From assembly GCA_045533905.1 (NCBI GenBank), contig JAZSIR010000021.1:32001-96000 (forward strand): DNA of 64,000 nt. The letters are read 5' to 3'. The stretch is from Clostridia bacterium. GTDB lineage: Bacteria; Bacillota; Clostridia; UMGS1883; UMGS1540. Below, piece after piece: positions 1 to 8,993 of the stretch. A model generated the notes under the pieces. The model searched no databases and was not told the origin of the DNA. It saw only the letters and a list, made by a program, of their open reading frames with translations. Position numbers and translations under genes: made by a program. Within the stretch, counting starts at the first letter, position 1, and every line of letters begins with the position of its first letter.

Positions 1-171
1 TCTTCCTTTCGTGTAGGGTTTTGGCGCGCAAAGTCATTTGGATATAGTATACCATATATTCCGCGGAATTTCAAGCTTTTTTAAAAGAAACCGGACAAAG
101 AAAAACCCCGCAAAGAAGCCTATAAAGACCACCATGCAGGGTTTTTCTTTTCTCTTTTTCTCTCTTGTATA

Positions 172-843
172 TTACATTGGTAAATGCGTGAAGAATCCGT
201 CGCCCGTTTCGGTATTATGAATGCCGTAGCAGGAGAGCGTTTCGTACGTTTTATCCATATCGTACCGCCCGGGCCACCAGCTTAAAAATTCCTCCGAAAG
301 GGCGGAAAGCGGCGTCGAGGGCGTGTACAGAATGAAGTTTTTGCCGTCTGCAAGACCGTAGGGGTCACTGGCAATACGGAGAACGCCGTCCTCTATCCAT
401 TCGGTGCCCACCTCTTTTTCAAGCGTGATTTCGCCCATCTGCATGGCGTATGCATAATCGTCCACCTTTTCGATATTTGTGAAGTGGCCCGAAAAATCGC
501 AGAAATAGTATCTGCCGCCCGGGTACCCTTCACCAACTTCGCCCATATTGGAATCGTGGAAATGCCCTTCGAAGGAGCCGTCCTTCTCCACCTTCATCCA
601 TGTGCCCCATGCGCCTGCGCCGCTTGTGAAGGTAAACTCCATCGGGAAGTCTTCAGGAAGCACGCTTTCGGGCGTGGGAGCGGGTGTGGCAGTAGCCGGT
701 GCCGTCTCTCTAGGGTTCGGCGTTTCTTTTCCAATTCCATTTTCCGGTACCTTTCTTGGCACCATAGCCGTAAACAAGGTGCAACCGGACAAAAGGGATA
801 CGGTCAAAAGACAAATAAGCGCAGAGAGCCAAAACTTTTTCAT
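172..843 (-). CDS. Hypothetical lipoprotein
   Basis: MKK plus hydrophobic stretch plus lipobox LSG-C, then a Pro/Thr/Ala-rich linker and a globular domain. Confidence 0.75.
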   Translation of the reverse strand: MKKFWLSALICLLTVSLLSGCTLFTAMVPRKVPENGIGKETPNPRETAPATATPAPTPESVLPEDFPMEFTFTSGAGAWGTWMKVEKDGSFEGHFHDSNMGEVGEGYPGGRYYFCDFSGHFTNIEKVDDYAYAMQMGEITLEKEVGTEWIEDGVLRIASDPYGLADGKNFILYTPSTPLSALSEEFLSWWPGRYDMDKTYETLSCYGIHNTETGDGFFTHLPM

Positions 844-854
844 ATTTTTCTCCT

Positions 855-1679
855 TTATTTTTCGTAAATGTATCTTTCGCCGGGCATAAAGATGTGGTAC
901 TTCTGCGCGGGGTTTATCTTCCCTTGCATATCCACAAAATGCGCGGGGTTTACACAGTTTACATCGTAAAGGTCAAAATGCGTGGGGATTAAAAGGTCTG
1001 CCCCTACTTCTTTTGCCATCGTGAGTGCCTCGCCGCTGTCAAAACAGCCGATAATGTCGAGCACATTCGTTCTGTAGTAGTCGCGTCCGTTTATCGGCAA
1101 AATTAAAATATCGGCACCGGAAAGCTTTTCAGAAAGCCCATCATACGGGCAACCGTCCCCGCCGTGGAAGAGGGAAATGTCGCCGAACGCGAAACGATAG
1201 CCCATTTCTTCATACTCCCCGTCCGCGTTTTGGTGGAACACTTCGTGCGCGGCGCGGTGCGCTGTGGCCGAAATATCTTCGCAAAGCGCTGCGGTTTCGC
1301 CGTCAGAAAGACCGAAAATTCTTTCTTTTTCAATGCCGTAGGATGCGACAGGAGCGCAGATGGCGCGCGGCGCGAAAAATTTTGCCTTTTTATTGACGCG
1401 CGCGAGAGGCGCGAGCGTATCGGGGTCGGCATGGTCGTAGTGCGCGTGGGTGCAGAAGACAAAGTCAATAAAATCAAGTTCTTCCGGTTTTATCGGCGGT
1501 GCGTAGCGGCGCACCCATTTTACGGCTTCGCTGCAGCAGTTTCTGTCCACATAATCGGAAAGATAGCCGTCCACAAGCACATATTTTTCTCTGTATTTGA
1601 GGATATACCCTACCTGCCCGAGGTAGAAAATGCCGAGCTGATTCGGCAGAAGTTTTGTGTCTAAAATATAGTCTCGCAT
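855..1679 (-). CDS. Metallo-beta-lactamase-fold hydrolase, UlaG (L-ascorbate-6-P lactonase)-like
   Basis: THAHYDHAD (HxHxDH) motif; LGQVGY N-terminus; FHGGD, ILPING and IPTHFD motifs. Confidence 0.8.
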   Translation of the reverse strand: MRDYILDTKLLPNQLGIFYLGQVGYILKYREKYVLVDGYLSDYVDRNCCSEAVKWVRRYAPPIKPEELDFIDFVFCTHAHYDHADPDTLAPLARVNKKAKFFAPRAICAPVASYGIEKERIFGLSDGETAALCEDISATAHRAAHEVFHQNADGEYEEMGYRFAFGDISLFHGGDGCPYDGLSEKLSGADILILPINGRDYYRTNVLDIIGCFDSGEALTMAKEVGADLLIPTHFDLYDVNCVNPAHFVDMQGKINPAQKYHIFMPGERYIYEK

Positions 1680-1710
1680 CTATAACCCCTCCACAATTTT
1701 GTATTTTCTA

Positions 1711-1745
1711 TTGACAATTATATCACGCGGTGATATAATTGTCAA
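1711..1745. promoter_or_regulatory. Perfectly palindromic bidirectional sigma-A promoter
   Basis: TTGACAATTATATCAC-gcg-GTGATATAATTGTCAA gives TTGACA-N17-TATAAT on both strands, between divergent genes. Confidence 0.8.
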
Positions 1746-1747
1746 GA

Positions 1748-2881
1748 ATGGAGATGTATATTTTGAAAAAATATATCAACCAAGCCGATATGCGAAATGC
1801 AAATGCGGCAGATGTATTTGCTTTAATACGAAAAGAAGGCGGTATGACCCGAAAAGAGCTTGCAGAAAAAACGGGGCTTAGCTGGGGTGCCGTTTCTACG
1901 ATTTCCACAGAGCTTCTTGAAAACCACTTTATTCGGGAGTTTAAATGTGAGAAAACGGCGGGCGCAGGGCGCACCCCTTCCCGCCTTGAGGTGAACAGTG
2001 ACGGGTATTTTGTGCTCGGTCTTGATATTAACGCCTCCGGTTTTCGGGCCGTACTTCTCAACCTTAAAAACGAAGTTACTTTGTCCCTCGCCGCCTCCCC
2101 CGTCTATACGGATCGCGCTTCTCTTCTCTCGGAAATTATTTCTTTTATAAAGAAGGCGCTTTGCGCGGCGGAGGATAAAACGGTGCTTGGCATCGGCATC
2201 GCCATGCAGGGACCTGTGGATGCCAAAAGCGGCGTTTCCGTAAGCCTCACCCACGTGCGCGACTGGGCGAATGTGCCTCTTGCCAAAATCCTCCGCGCAG
2301 AGTTTTCTCTGCCCGTTTTTGTAGCGCATGACCCTGACTGTATTTTGTACGCCGTTTCGGCGGAAAAAGTCTATAAAGATGCCATCCTTCTCCGTGTGGA
2401 CGAAGGTATCGGTATGTCGGTCCTTCTCGGTGGCAAAATTTTCGACCGCCCCGGGATGTTCGAAATCGGGCATACGGTAGCGGTGCCGGATGGCGCAGTC
2501 TGTGCCTGCGGCAAGCGCGGGTGCCTTGAGGGGTACGCCTCGCGGCGCGGGCTCTCTACGCGAAGCGGCAAGCCTTTTTCGGACCTTGTAGCCGCCACCG
2601 AAAGAGGCGATGCAAAAAGCCTTTCGCTTTTTACCGAGATGGCTTCGCTTCTCGCTATTTCCGTTTCGAACTTTGCCTTTATGTTGCAAATTCAAAACGT
2701 GGTCCTTTGCGGCGACATGTGGAACTATCGAGAATTCTTTTGGGATACGTTTTCAAAAAGCGCGCCACCCTCGCTTTCGTTTTCCTTCAGCAGCGTAGAA
2801 AACGCGGCTACGGGCGCAGCGCTTATTGCGATAGAAAGACTTATAAGTGAACTTGATTTCAGAAAGGAAGATACAGAATGA
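1748..2881 (+). CDS. ROK family transcriptional regulator
   Basis: N-terminal HTH (TRKELAEKTGLSWGAVS), GRTP, EIGH and CACGKRGCLE zinc motif; start uncertain (1748, 1754 or 1763). Confidence 0.9.
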   Translation: MEMYILKKYINQADMRNANAADVFALIRKEGGMTRKELAEKTGLSWGAVSTISTELLENHFIREFKCEKTAGAGRTPSRLEVNSDGYFVLGLDINASGFRAVLLNLKNEVTLSLAASPVYTDRASLLSEIISFIKKALCAAEDKTVLGIGIAMQGPVDAKSGVSVSLTHVRDWANVPLAKILRAEFSLPVFVAHDPDCILYAVSAEKVYKDAILLRVDEGIGMSVLLGGKIFDRPGMFEIGHTVAVPDGAVCACGKRGCLEGYASRRGLSTRSGKPFSDLVAATERGDAKSLSLFTEMASLLAISVSNFAFMLQIQNVVLCGDMWNYREFFWDTFSKSAPPSLSFSFSSVENAATGAALIAIERLISELDFRKEDTE

Positions 2882-3894
2882 AAGCAGTAGTAGTAAAGAA
2901 GCCGCACGAGCTTTCCCTTATGGATTTGCCCGTGCCCGAGCCGCCCGCGGGATTTGCGCGCATCCGCGTAAAAGCCGCCGCCATTTGTGCGACGGACCTC
3001 GAAATTATTGAGGGCAACATTGCCGCAAATTATCCCATCACGCCGGGGCATGAATGGAGCGGCGTTGTAGACGCTGTGGGAAGCGAAGAAGATAGCGCTT
3101 GGGTCGGCAAAAACGTAATCGGCAGTAGTGACGTTGTTTGTCTTTCCTGCGAGGCTTGCAGAAGCGGCAACTGGCGCTACTGCGAAAGCTTTGAGGAAAT
3201 CGGCTTCAAGCGTAACGGTGCGTATGCCGAATACATGCTCGCCCCCGTATACGGTCTCATTGAAAAGCCGGATTCCGTGCCTTTTGCGGAAGCTACGCTT
3301 TGCGAACCCTTAGGCGTTGCACTTGGCACCCTCAAAAAGATGCACGCGAAAGCAGGGCAAACGGCACTTATCTACGGCGCAGGCTCGATTGGCCTTTGCA
3401 TGCTTGCCGCGGCGAAAACGTTAGGTCTTCGTAAAATTGTGGTAGCGGCACGCTCTTCTAAAGGTCTCGCGATTGCCGAACAACTTGGTGCCTACAAAAC
3501 AGTAGCCACAAGCGAAGTAAATCTCGAAGAAGAAATAAAGCGCCTTCACCCCGAAGGCACCGACCTTGTCATTGACACCACGGGGGCTGAGGGCTGCATG
3601 CAGGAAGCCTTGCGCATTTTAAAGCGCGGCGGAAAGCTCGGCCTTGCAGGCTACGGAAAAGGCAAGGTTATGTCCATCCGTATGGACGATATTCATATTA
3701 AAAACCTCAAAGTCGTGGGTGCGGGCAACAACTGGGATATGCACAGACGCGCACTCGCTTTAATGGAAGAAGGCGCTGTGGACCTTTCCTCGTGTGTGAC
3801 CGAAAAAATCCGTCTTGAAGACTATGCCCTCGGTCTCGAACACGCCAAAACGCGCCCCCAAGGCTTTGTGAAGGCGGTATTTATAAATGAGTAA
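2878..3894 (+). CDS. Zn-dependent medium-chain (polyol/sugar) dehydrogenase
   Basis: ICATD, GHEWSG, structural Zn CxxCxxCxxxxxxxC, GAGSIG nucleotide-binding motif. Confidence 0.9.
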   Translation: MKAVVVKKPHELSLMDLPVPEPPAGFARIRVKAAAICATDLEIIEGNIAANYPITPGHEWSGVVDAVGSEEDSAWVGKNVIGSSDVVCLSCEACRSGNWRYCESFEEIGFKRNGAYAEYMLAPVYGLIEKPDSVPFAEATLCEPLGVALGTLKKMHAKAGQTALIYGAGSIGLCMLAAAKTLGLRKIVVAARSSKGLAIAEQLGAYKTVATSEVNLEEEIKRLHPEGTDLVIDTTGAEGCMQEALRILKRGGKLGLAGYGKGKVMSIRMDDIHIKNLKVVGAGNNWDMHRRALALMEEGAVDLSSCVTEKIRLEDYALGLEHAKTRPQGFVKAVFINE

Positions 3895-5272
3895 GCACGC
3901 ACTCGGGATTGACCTTGGTACCTCGGCCGTAAAGCTTCTTTTATGGAAGGGCGAAGGCAATGTGGAAAAAGCGCGTGCCGCCTACTCTGAAATTTCCCCG
4001 AAAGGGTGGCTCGCGGCAATCGGCGAAGCCGCCGCTATGCTTGACCTTTCGTGCGTTTCCGCCATTGGTCTATCCTCGCAGGTAGGCACCTATGTGGTAA
4101 ACGGGCAAGAGGTTATCAGCTGGAACGAGGGTGCAGGGGCGGAAGAACTCGCGTTTTTAAAGGAGAAGTACTCGAAAGAAACCTTTATCCGCGAAATCGC
4201 CATGCCGCATCCCGACATTGTTTCCTATCCCCTCCCGCGGCTTTTGTACATTAAAAAGAATTTTCCCGCAATCGAAAGCGTATGCCAGCCGAAGGACCTT
4301 CTTTGCAAGGCGCTTTGCGGAAGACTCGTGAGCGAAAAGTACTCGTGGCGCGGCCTTGCCCATACGAAAGACGGCGGGTACAGTGCGTATTTCCTCCGCG
4401 AAATCGGGATAGACGAAAATATTTTGCCGCCGCTTATTCCCTTTGATGCCGAAGCTGGGAAAACGACGGCAGAATGCGAAGCGAAGCTCCATATTCCAAA
4501 GGGCATTCCCGTATATACGGGCCTTAACGACTTTTTCGCTTCTCTTCTCGGCATGGGAATAGAGAAAAGCGGCGATATGTTTGACATTACGGGCACAAGC
4601 GAGCATCTGGGGCTTTTATCGGACACCCTCGCGCCCGATACGAAAATGGTTTCCGGTGTGTACTTCGATACATACATTCACTACGGCGTAACGGGTTCAA
4701 GCGGCGCTTCTTCCGATTTTGCCATTCGGGAGTTTGGGCGTGACAGCCTCGAAATTCTATCGCGTATAGAGCACAATCCCCCGATTTTCACGCCGTATGT
4801 AAAAGGTGAGCGTGCGCCTATCTTTGATAGCGCGGCGCGCGGCGTGTTCTTTGGGGTGAACGCGGAAACGACGCGCGAGGATATGCTCTACGCCGTGATG
4901 GAAGGCATCGCGTTTAGCCTCTATCATATCTATGAGAGCATGGGCACGCCCCCCGCTACGGCGATCCGCATCTCAGGCGGCGCGGCAAAAAGCGCGGCGT
5001 TAAATCTTCTTAAAGCCGAGCTTTTCGGGAAAGAGGTTTGCACCCTTTCCGAAAACGATACCTCCGCACTCGGTGCGGCCGCGGTGGCGGCACGGGGAGC
5101 GGGGATTGCCCCCGAGGGGACGGTGTTCAACCGCATCCGCGAAACGGTTTCCCCGAAAGGCGATATGCATGATATGCTTTTGGCGCGGTACGCCATTTAT
5201 AAAGAGCTGTATCCTTCTCTTTCGGAGCAGTTTACGGCATTTACAAAATTAGAAAGGAACGAAGAAAAATGA
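3887..5272 (+). CDS. FGGY-family carbohydrate kinase (xylulokinase-like)
   Basis: GIDLGTSAVK, GTS, GERAP, AVMEGIAF, SGGAAKS and SALGAA motifs. Confidence 0.88.
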   Translation: MSKHALGIDLGTSAVKLLLWKGEGNVEKARAAYSEISPKGWLAAIGEAAAMLDLSCVSAIGLSSQVGTYVVNGQEVISWNEGAGAEELAFLKEKYSKETFIREIAMPHPDIVSYPLPRLLYIKKNFPAIESVCQPKDLLCKALCGRLVSEKYSWRGLAHTKDGGYSAYFLREIGIDENILPPLIPFDAEAGKTTAECEAKLHIPKGIPVYTGLNDFFASLLGMGIEKSGDMFDITGTSEHLGLLSDTLAPDTKMVSGVYFDTYIHYGVTGSSGASSDFAIREFGRDSLEILSRIEHNPPIFTPYVKGERAPIFDSAARGVFFGVNAETTREDMLYAVMEGIAFSLYHIYESMGTPPATAIRISGGAAKSAALNLLKAELFGKEVCTLSENDTSALGAAAVAARGAGIAPEGTVFNRIRETVSPKGDMHDMLLARYAIYKELYPSLSEQFTAFTKLERNEEK

Positions 5273-6441
5273 GTTGTGTAATCTTTGGTGCAGGTAAAAT
5301 TGCAAGAGGGTTTATCGGCCATCTCCTCTATCTCAGCGACATTGATTTTACGTTCGTAGAGAAGTTTGACGGGCTTGTAGACCTTATCAACGAAAGAAAA
5401 GAGTATACGGTAAACATTCTCGGCAATCCCGAGAAAAACTGTGTTGTGAAAAACGCAAAGGCGCTCGGCTTTGGCGATAAAGAAGCTATCGCAGAAGCCA
5501 TTGCAAATGCCGATGCCGTTTTCAACGCCGTTGGCGGCAAAAACCTCGGCGAAATTGTGCCGTTTTTAGCCGCAGGTATTGAAAAGAAGGCCGGGCGCGG
5601 CGGTCACCTCAATTTCGTAACATGCGAAAACTGGAAGCAGCCGGCAAACATCCTTCGCGAAGGCATTGAAGCGATTCTCGCACCCGAGGCAAGAGAATAC
5701 TTCGATAACAACGTAGGCATTACAGAAGCCGTTATTATGCGAAGCGCGATTGAATCGGACGCGGAGCTTCTGAAAAAAGACCCGCTTATCGTAAACGTAC
5801 AGGATTTCTGGGAACTTCCCGTAGACGCTTCCCGTATTTCCGGAAGCCTTCCGAATATTTTAGGGCTGAAGCTTGTTCCTGAATTTACAGGCTTCCTCGA
5901 AAGAAAGTTCTACACCTACAACGCCGCAAACGGCACCACCTCCTACCTCGGCGCCCTCTTCGGCTACGAGAAAATTGCAGATGCCGCACATGACGAGCGC
6001 ATCTTAAAAATCCTTGACGGTGTATATCAGGAAACGGCACAGGCACTTTCCAAAAAGCACAATTTCCCGCTTGAGGAACAGCTCGCCTTCACCCTTACCT
6101 CAAAGAGAAAACTGCAAGACTACACGATTGTGGACTTTATTGAAAGAAACGCCCGCGATCCCCTCCGTAAGCTTGGTCCTGATGACCGTCTTGTAGGCTC
6201 TGCCCGTCTTGTAGACTCTTTCGGCATCCGTCCCGAAAACCTCTGCACCGCCATCGCCGCGGCGATCTTCTATACGAGCGAGGGTGACCCGTTTGCAGAA
6301 GAGCTCCGCGCTATGCGCGAAGAAAAGGGCGTAGACTACGTTCTCGAAAACGTATGTAAGCTCGATGTAAATGGTACAATTGCCACAATTGTAAAAGAAA
6401 AGATTGAACTTTTAAAGAAAGAAGGCTATATAAATGCGTAA
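5269..6441 (+). CDS. Mannitol-1-phosphate 5-dehydrogenase (MtlD) family polyol-phosphate dehydrogenase, copy 1
   Basis: FGAGKIARGFIG, TCEN, ERKFYTYN and RNARDPLRKLGPDDRL motifs. Confidence 0.85.
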   Translation: MSCVIFGAGKIARGFIGHLLYLSDIDFTFVEKFDGLVDLINERKEYTVNILGNPEKNCVVKNAKALGFGDKEAIAEAIANADAVFNAVGGKNLGEIVPFLAAGIEKKAGRGGHLNFVTCENWKQPANILREGIEAILAPEAREYFDNNVGITEAVIMRSAIESDAELLKKDPLIVNVQDFWELPVDASRISGSLPNILGLKLVPEFTGFLERKFYTYNAANGTTSYLGALFGYEKIADAAHDERILKILDGVYQETAQALSKKHNFPLEEQLAFTLTSKRKLQDYTIVDFIERNARDPLRKLGPDDRLVGSARLVDSFGIRPENLCTAIAAAIFYTSEGDPFAEELRAMREEKGVDYVLENVCKLDVNGTIATIVKEKIELLKKEGYINA

Positions 6442-7507
6442 AATTACGATTATCGGCGCCGGCAAAACGGGCCGCGGCTTTATCGGCCGCCTCGCCGCAG
6501 AACAGGATGCCGTCATCACATTTGTAGATAAGGATGCCGCACTTGTGGAAACCTTAAATGCACAAAAAAGCTTTACCGTAAGCTTTTTCGGCGGCGTTCG
6601 CGAAGATATGCAGGTGGCAAACTACACCGCACACACTTGGGATACGGCAGATTTTTCCGATGCCGAGCTCATTTTGGTCGCCGTTGGCGGCTCGAACCTT
6701 CGCGATGTGGGCGAAGCACTCCGTACACGCCTTTCCGCTGACAAGAAGTACTACATCATCACAGCAGAAAACAGCTCCCGCCCCTCTAAAGTTTTAGGCG
6801 AAGCGATTGGGCTTTCGGGCATCGCCGTCAGCGAAGCGACAGTATTTTGCACCACCATCGAAAAGACGGGGATTGATATTTCTTCCGAAAACTACCCCTA
6901 CCTCCAGTGTGATGCAGACCTTCTCGAAGGCTACGTGCCGGAAATTACGGGCATCAAGCCTGTGCCGGAGTTTGGGAACTTCCTCACAAGAAAGCTTTTC
7001 ACCTATAACGCCGCAAGCTGCGTAATTGCATACCTCGGCTATCTCAAAGGCTACACAAATTACGCCGATGCCGCAAATGACCCCGAGGTTCTCGAGCTTC
7101 TCGACTATAACTACGCCGTTACAAACCGCGTTCTTTGCAAGGAATTCGGCTATGACGAAGCCGATCAGGCAGAATTTGCGATGCTTTCCCGAAACAAATT
7201 CTTAAGCCGCACCATTGCCGACACGGTGCAGAGAAATGCACGCGAGCCGCAGAGAAAGCTTGCAAAAGTTGAGCGCATCATTGGCCCCATGCTTTTAATC
7301 CGTAAGTACGGCGAAGACGCTTCCGTTTTAGAAAAAACAGCCGCCGCCATGCTTTTGTATGACGGTGAGGGCGAAGCCGAATGGGATGCCATCAAGGCTA
7401 AAAAGACACCCGCTGAAATTCTCATGTCCATCTGCGGACTTGAAGAAAGCATGCCGTCCTTTGAAGCTATTTTAGGCTACTATGCGGAATTTAAGAAGGA
7501 CAGATAA
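6434..7507 (+). CDS. MtlD family polyol-phosphate dehydrogenase, copy 2
   Basis: IGAGKTGRGFIG, TAEN, RKLFTYN and RNAREPQRKL motifs. Confidence 0.82.
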   Translation: MRKITIIGAGKTGRGFIGRLAAEQDAVITFVDKDAALVETLNAQKSFTVSFFGGVREDMQVANYTAHTWDTADFSDAELILVAVGGSNLRDVGEALRTRLSADKKYYIITAENSSRPSKVLGEAIGLSGIAVSEATVFCTTIEKTGIDISSENYPYLQCDADLLEGYVPEITGIKPVPEFGNFLTRKLFTYNAASCVIAYLGYLKGYTNYADAANDPEVLELLDYNYAVTNRVLCKEFGYDEADQAEFAMLSRNKFLSRTIADTVQRNAREPQRKLAKVERIIGPMLLIRKYGEDASVLEKTAAAMLLYDGEGEAEWDAIKAKKTPAEILMSICGLEESMPSFEAILGYYAEFKKDR

Positions 7508-7519
7508 AACCAAATGGGA

Positions 7520-7548
7520 AAAAGGCAAGCACTTTGTGCTTGCCTTTT
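7520..7548. terminator. Bidirectional intrinsic terminator
   Basis: AAAAGGCAAGCAC-ttt-GTGCTTGCCTTTT between convergent genes. Confidence 0.8.
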
Positions 7549-7549
7549 G

Positions 7550-8983
7550 TTATGCCCTTTTATAAAGCGCATTAAAATGTTTGAACTTTTCTTTATCAAT
7601 GCTTTGCAGCTGCTCGCGTGTAATGCGGAACTGCCAATTCCCGTCTGGCTTTCCGGGGATATTGATGCGCGTGTCGGACCCGTAGCCGAGTAAATCCTGA
7701 ATCGGCAAAATCACGATGCCTGCACAGGAAGAGAATACCGAGCGCACAATGCTGTCAAACCCCTGCTCCCAGTTTTCGGCGTGGTAATTGCAATAGTCGA
7801 GCATCCTTCTTTTGTTGCCCTCGTCCAGCTCCCAGAGGTAGCCGAGAAGCGTATTATTATCGTGCGTGCCCGTGTATGCCACCACATTATTTGTATAATT
7901 ATGCGGCATGTGGGGGTTATCATAGTCGCCAAGGAAGCCGAACTGGAAAACGCGGATGCCGGGGAAGCCGCTCTCACGAACAAGCGCTTCCACCGCAGGC
8001 GTAATTTCGCCAAGGTCCTCCGCAATCATAAGCTTTCCGTCTGCGGCTTTTTGTATAACTTCGACAAGCTCCATACCGGGGCCTTTTATCCATTTGCCGC
8101 CTCTGGCGGTCTTATCGCCGTACGGCACTGCCCAGAAAGATTCGATGGCGCGGAAATGGTCAATCCGCACGCCGTCAAACATACGCGTCATATGCCGGAT
8201 GCGGTCAGACCACCACCTGTATCCGTTTTTCCGCATCGCATCCCAGTTATATAAGGGGTTGCCCCATAATTGCCCGTCCGCACAGAAATAATCCGGCGGC
8301 ACGCCCGCCACGGCGGTGGGCAGGTTTTCCGCATCCAGCATAAACTCTTCGCGGTTTGCCCATACATCGGCACTTTCAAGCGACACGTAAATCGGCATAT
8401 CGCCGATAATTTTGATGCCGCGCTCGTTTGCATACTTTTTAATCTCCGCCCACTGGGTGAAGAAGGCATATTCTGTAAACTGCCACGCAAAGAGCGTTTC
8501 GCTGTCATACGTGTCCACCGTCCACGCGCGCCACGGGCGGTTCTCATTCGCCTCTTTCAGCGCCATAAAGCGGCAAAACTCTTCGATGTACGGATTTTCG
8601 CGGATGAAGTTTTCTACTGCATCGCGATTTTCCACTCTCTTCGACACCTCTTTCAAAAACGCAAGGCGCGTATGGAAAAGGCGCACGTATTCGGCACTAT
8701 ACGGCTGCTCCTGTTTTTGCGACCGGAGCTCTTCCGCCGTTATAAGCCCCTCTTCGAAAAAAGCTTCCAAATCTACAAAATACGGATTGCCCGCGAAGGT
8801 GGAATAGGACTGGTACGGGGAATTGCAATCATCCGCCATACAAAACGGCAAAACCTGCCAATAGGAAAACCTGCACTCTGCCAGAAAATCTATGAATTCT
8901 TTGGCCGCACGGCCAAAACTGCCGATGGAATACTCCCCGAAAAGGGAGGAAATGTGCATCAGCACGCCACTTTTTCGTTCCAT
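7550..8983 (-). CDS. malQ: 4-alpha-glucanotransferase (GH77)
   Basis: SGVLMHISSL, GVPPDYF, GQLWGNPLY, RIDHFR, AEDLG and YTGTHDN motifs. Confidence 0.95.
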   Translation of the reverse strand: MERKSGVLMHISSLFGEYSIGSFGRAAKEFIDFLAECRFSYWQVLPFCMADDCNSPYQSYSTFAGNPYFVDLEAFFEEGLITAEELRSQKQEQPYSAEYVRLFHTRLAFLKEVSKRVENRDAVENFIRENPYIEEFCRFMALKEANENRPWRAWTVDTYDSETLFAWQFTEYAFFTQWAEIKKYANERGIKIIGDMPIYVSLESADVWANREEFMLDAENLPTAVAGVPPDYFCADGQLWGNPLYNWDAMRKNGYRWWSDRIRHMTRMFDGVRIDHFRAIESFWAVPYGDKTARGGKWIKGPGMELVEVIQKAADGKLMIAEDLGEITPAVEALVRESGFPGIRVFQFGFLGDYDNPHMPHNYTNNVVAYTGTHDNNTLLGYLWELDEGNKRRMLDYCNYHAENWEQGFDSIVRSVFSSCAGIVILPIQDLLGYGSDTRINIPGKPDGNWQFRITREQLQSIDKEKFKHFNALYKRA

Positions 8984-8993
8984 AGCTCCCTCT

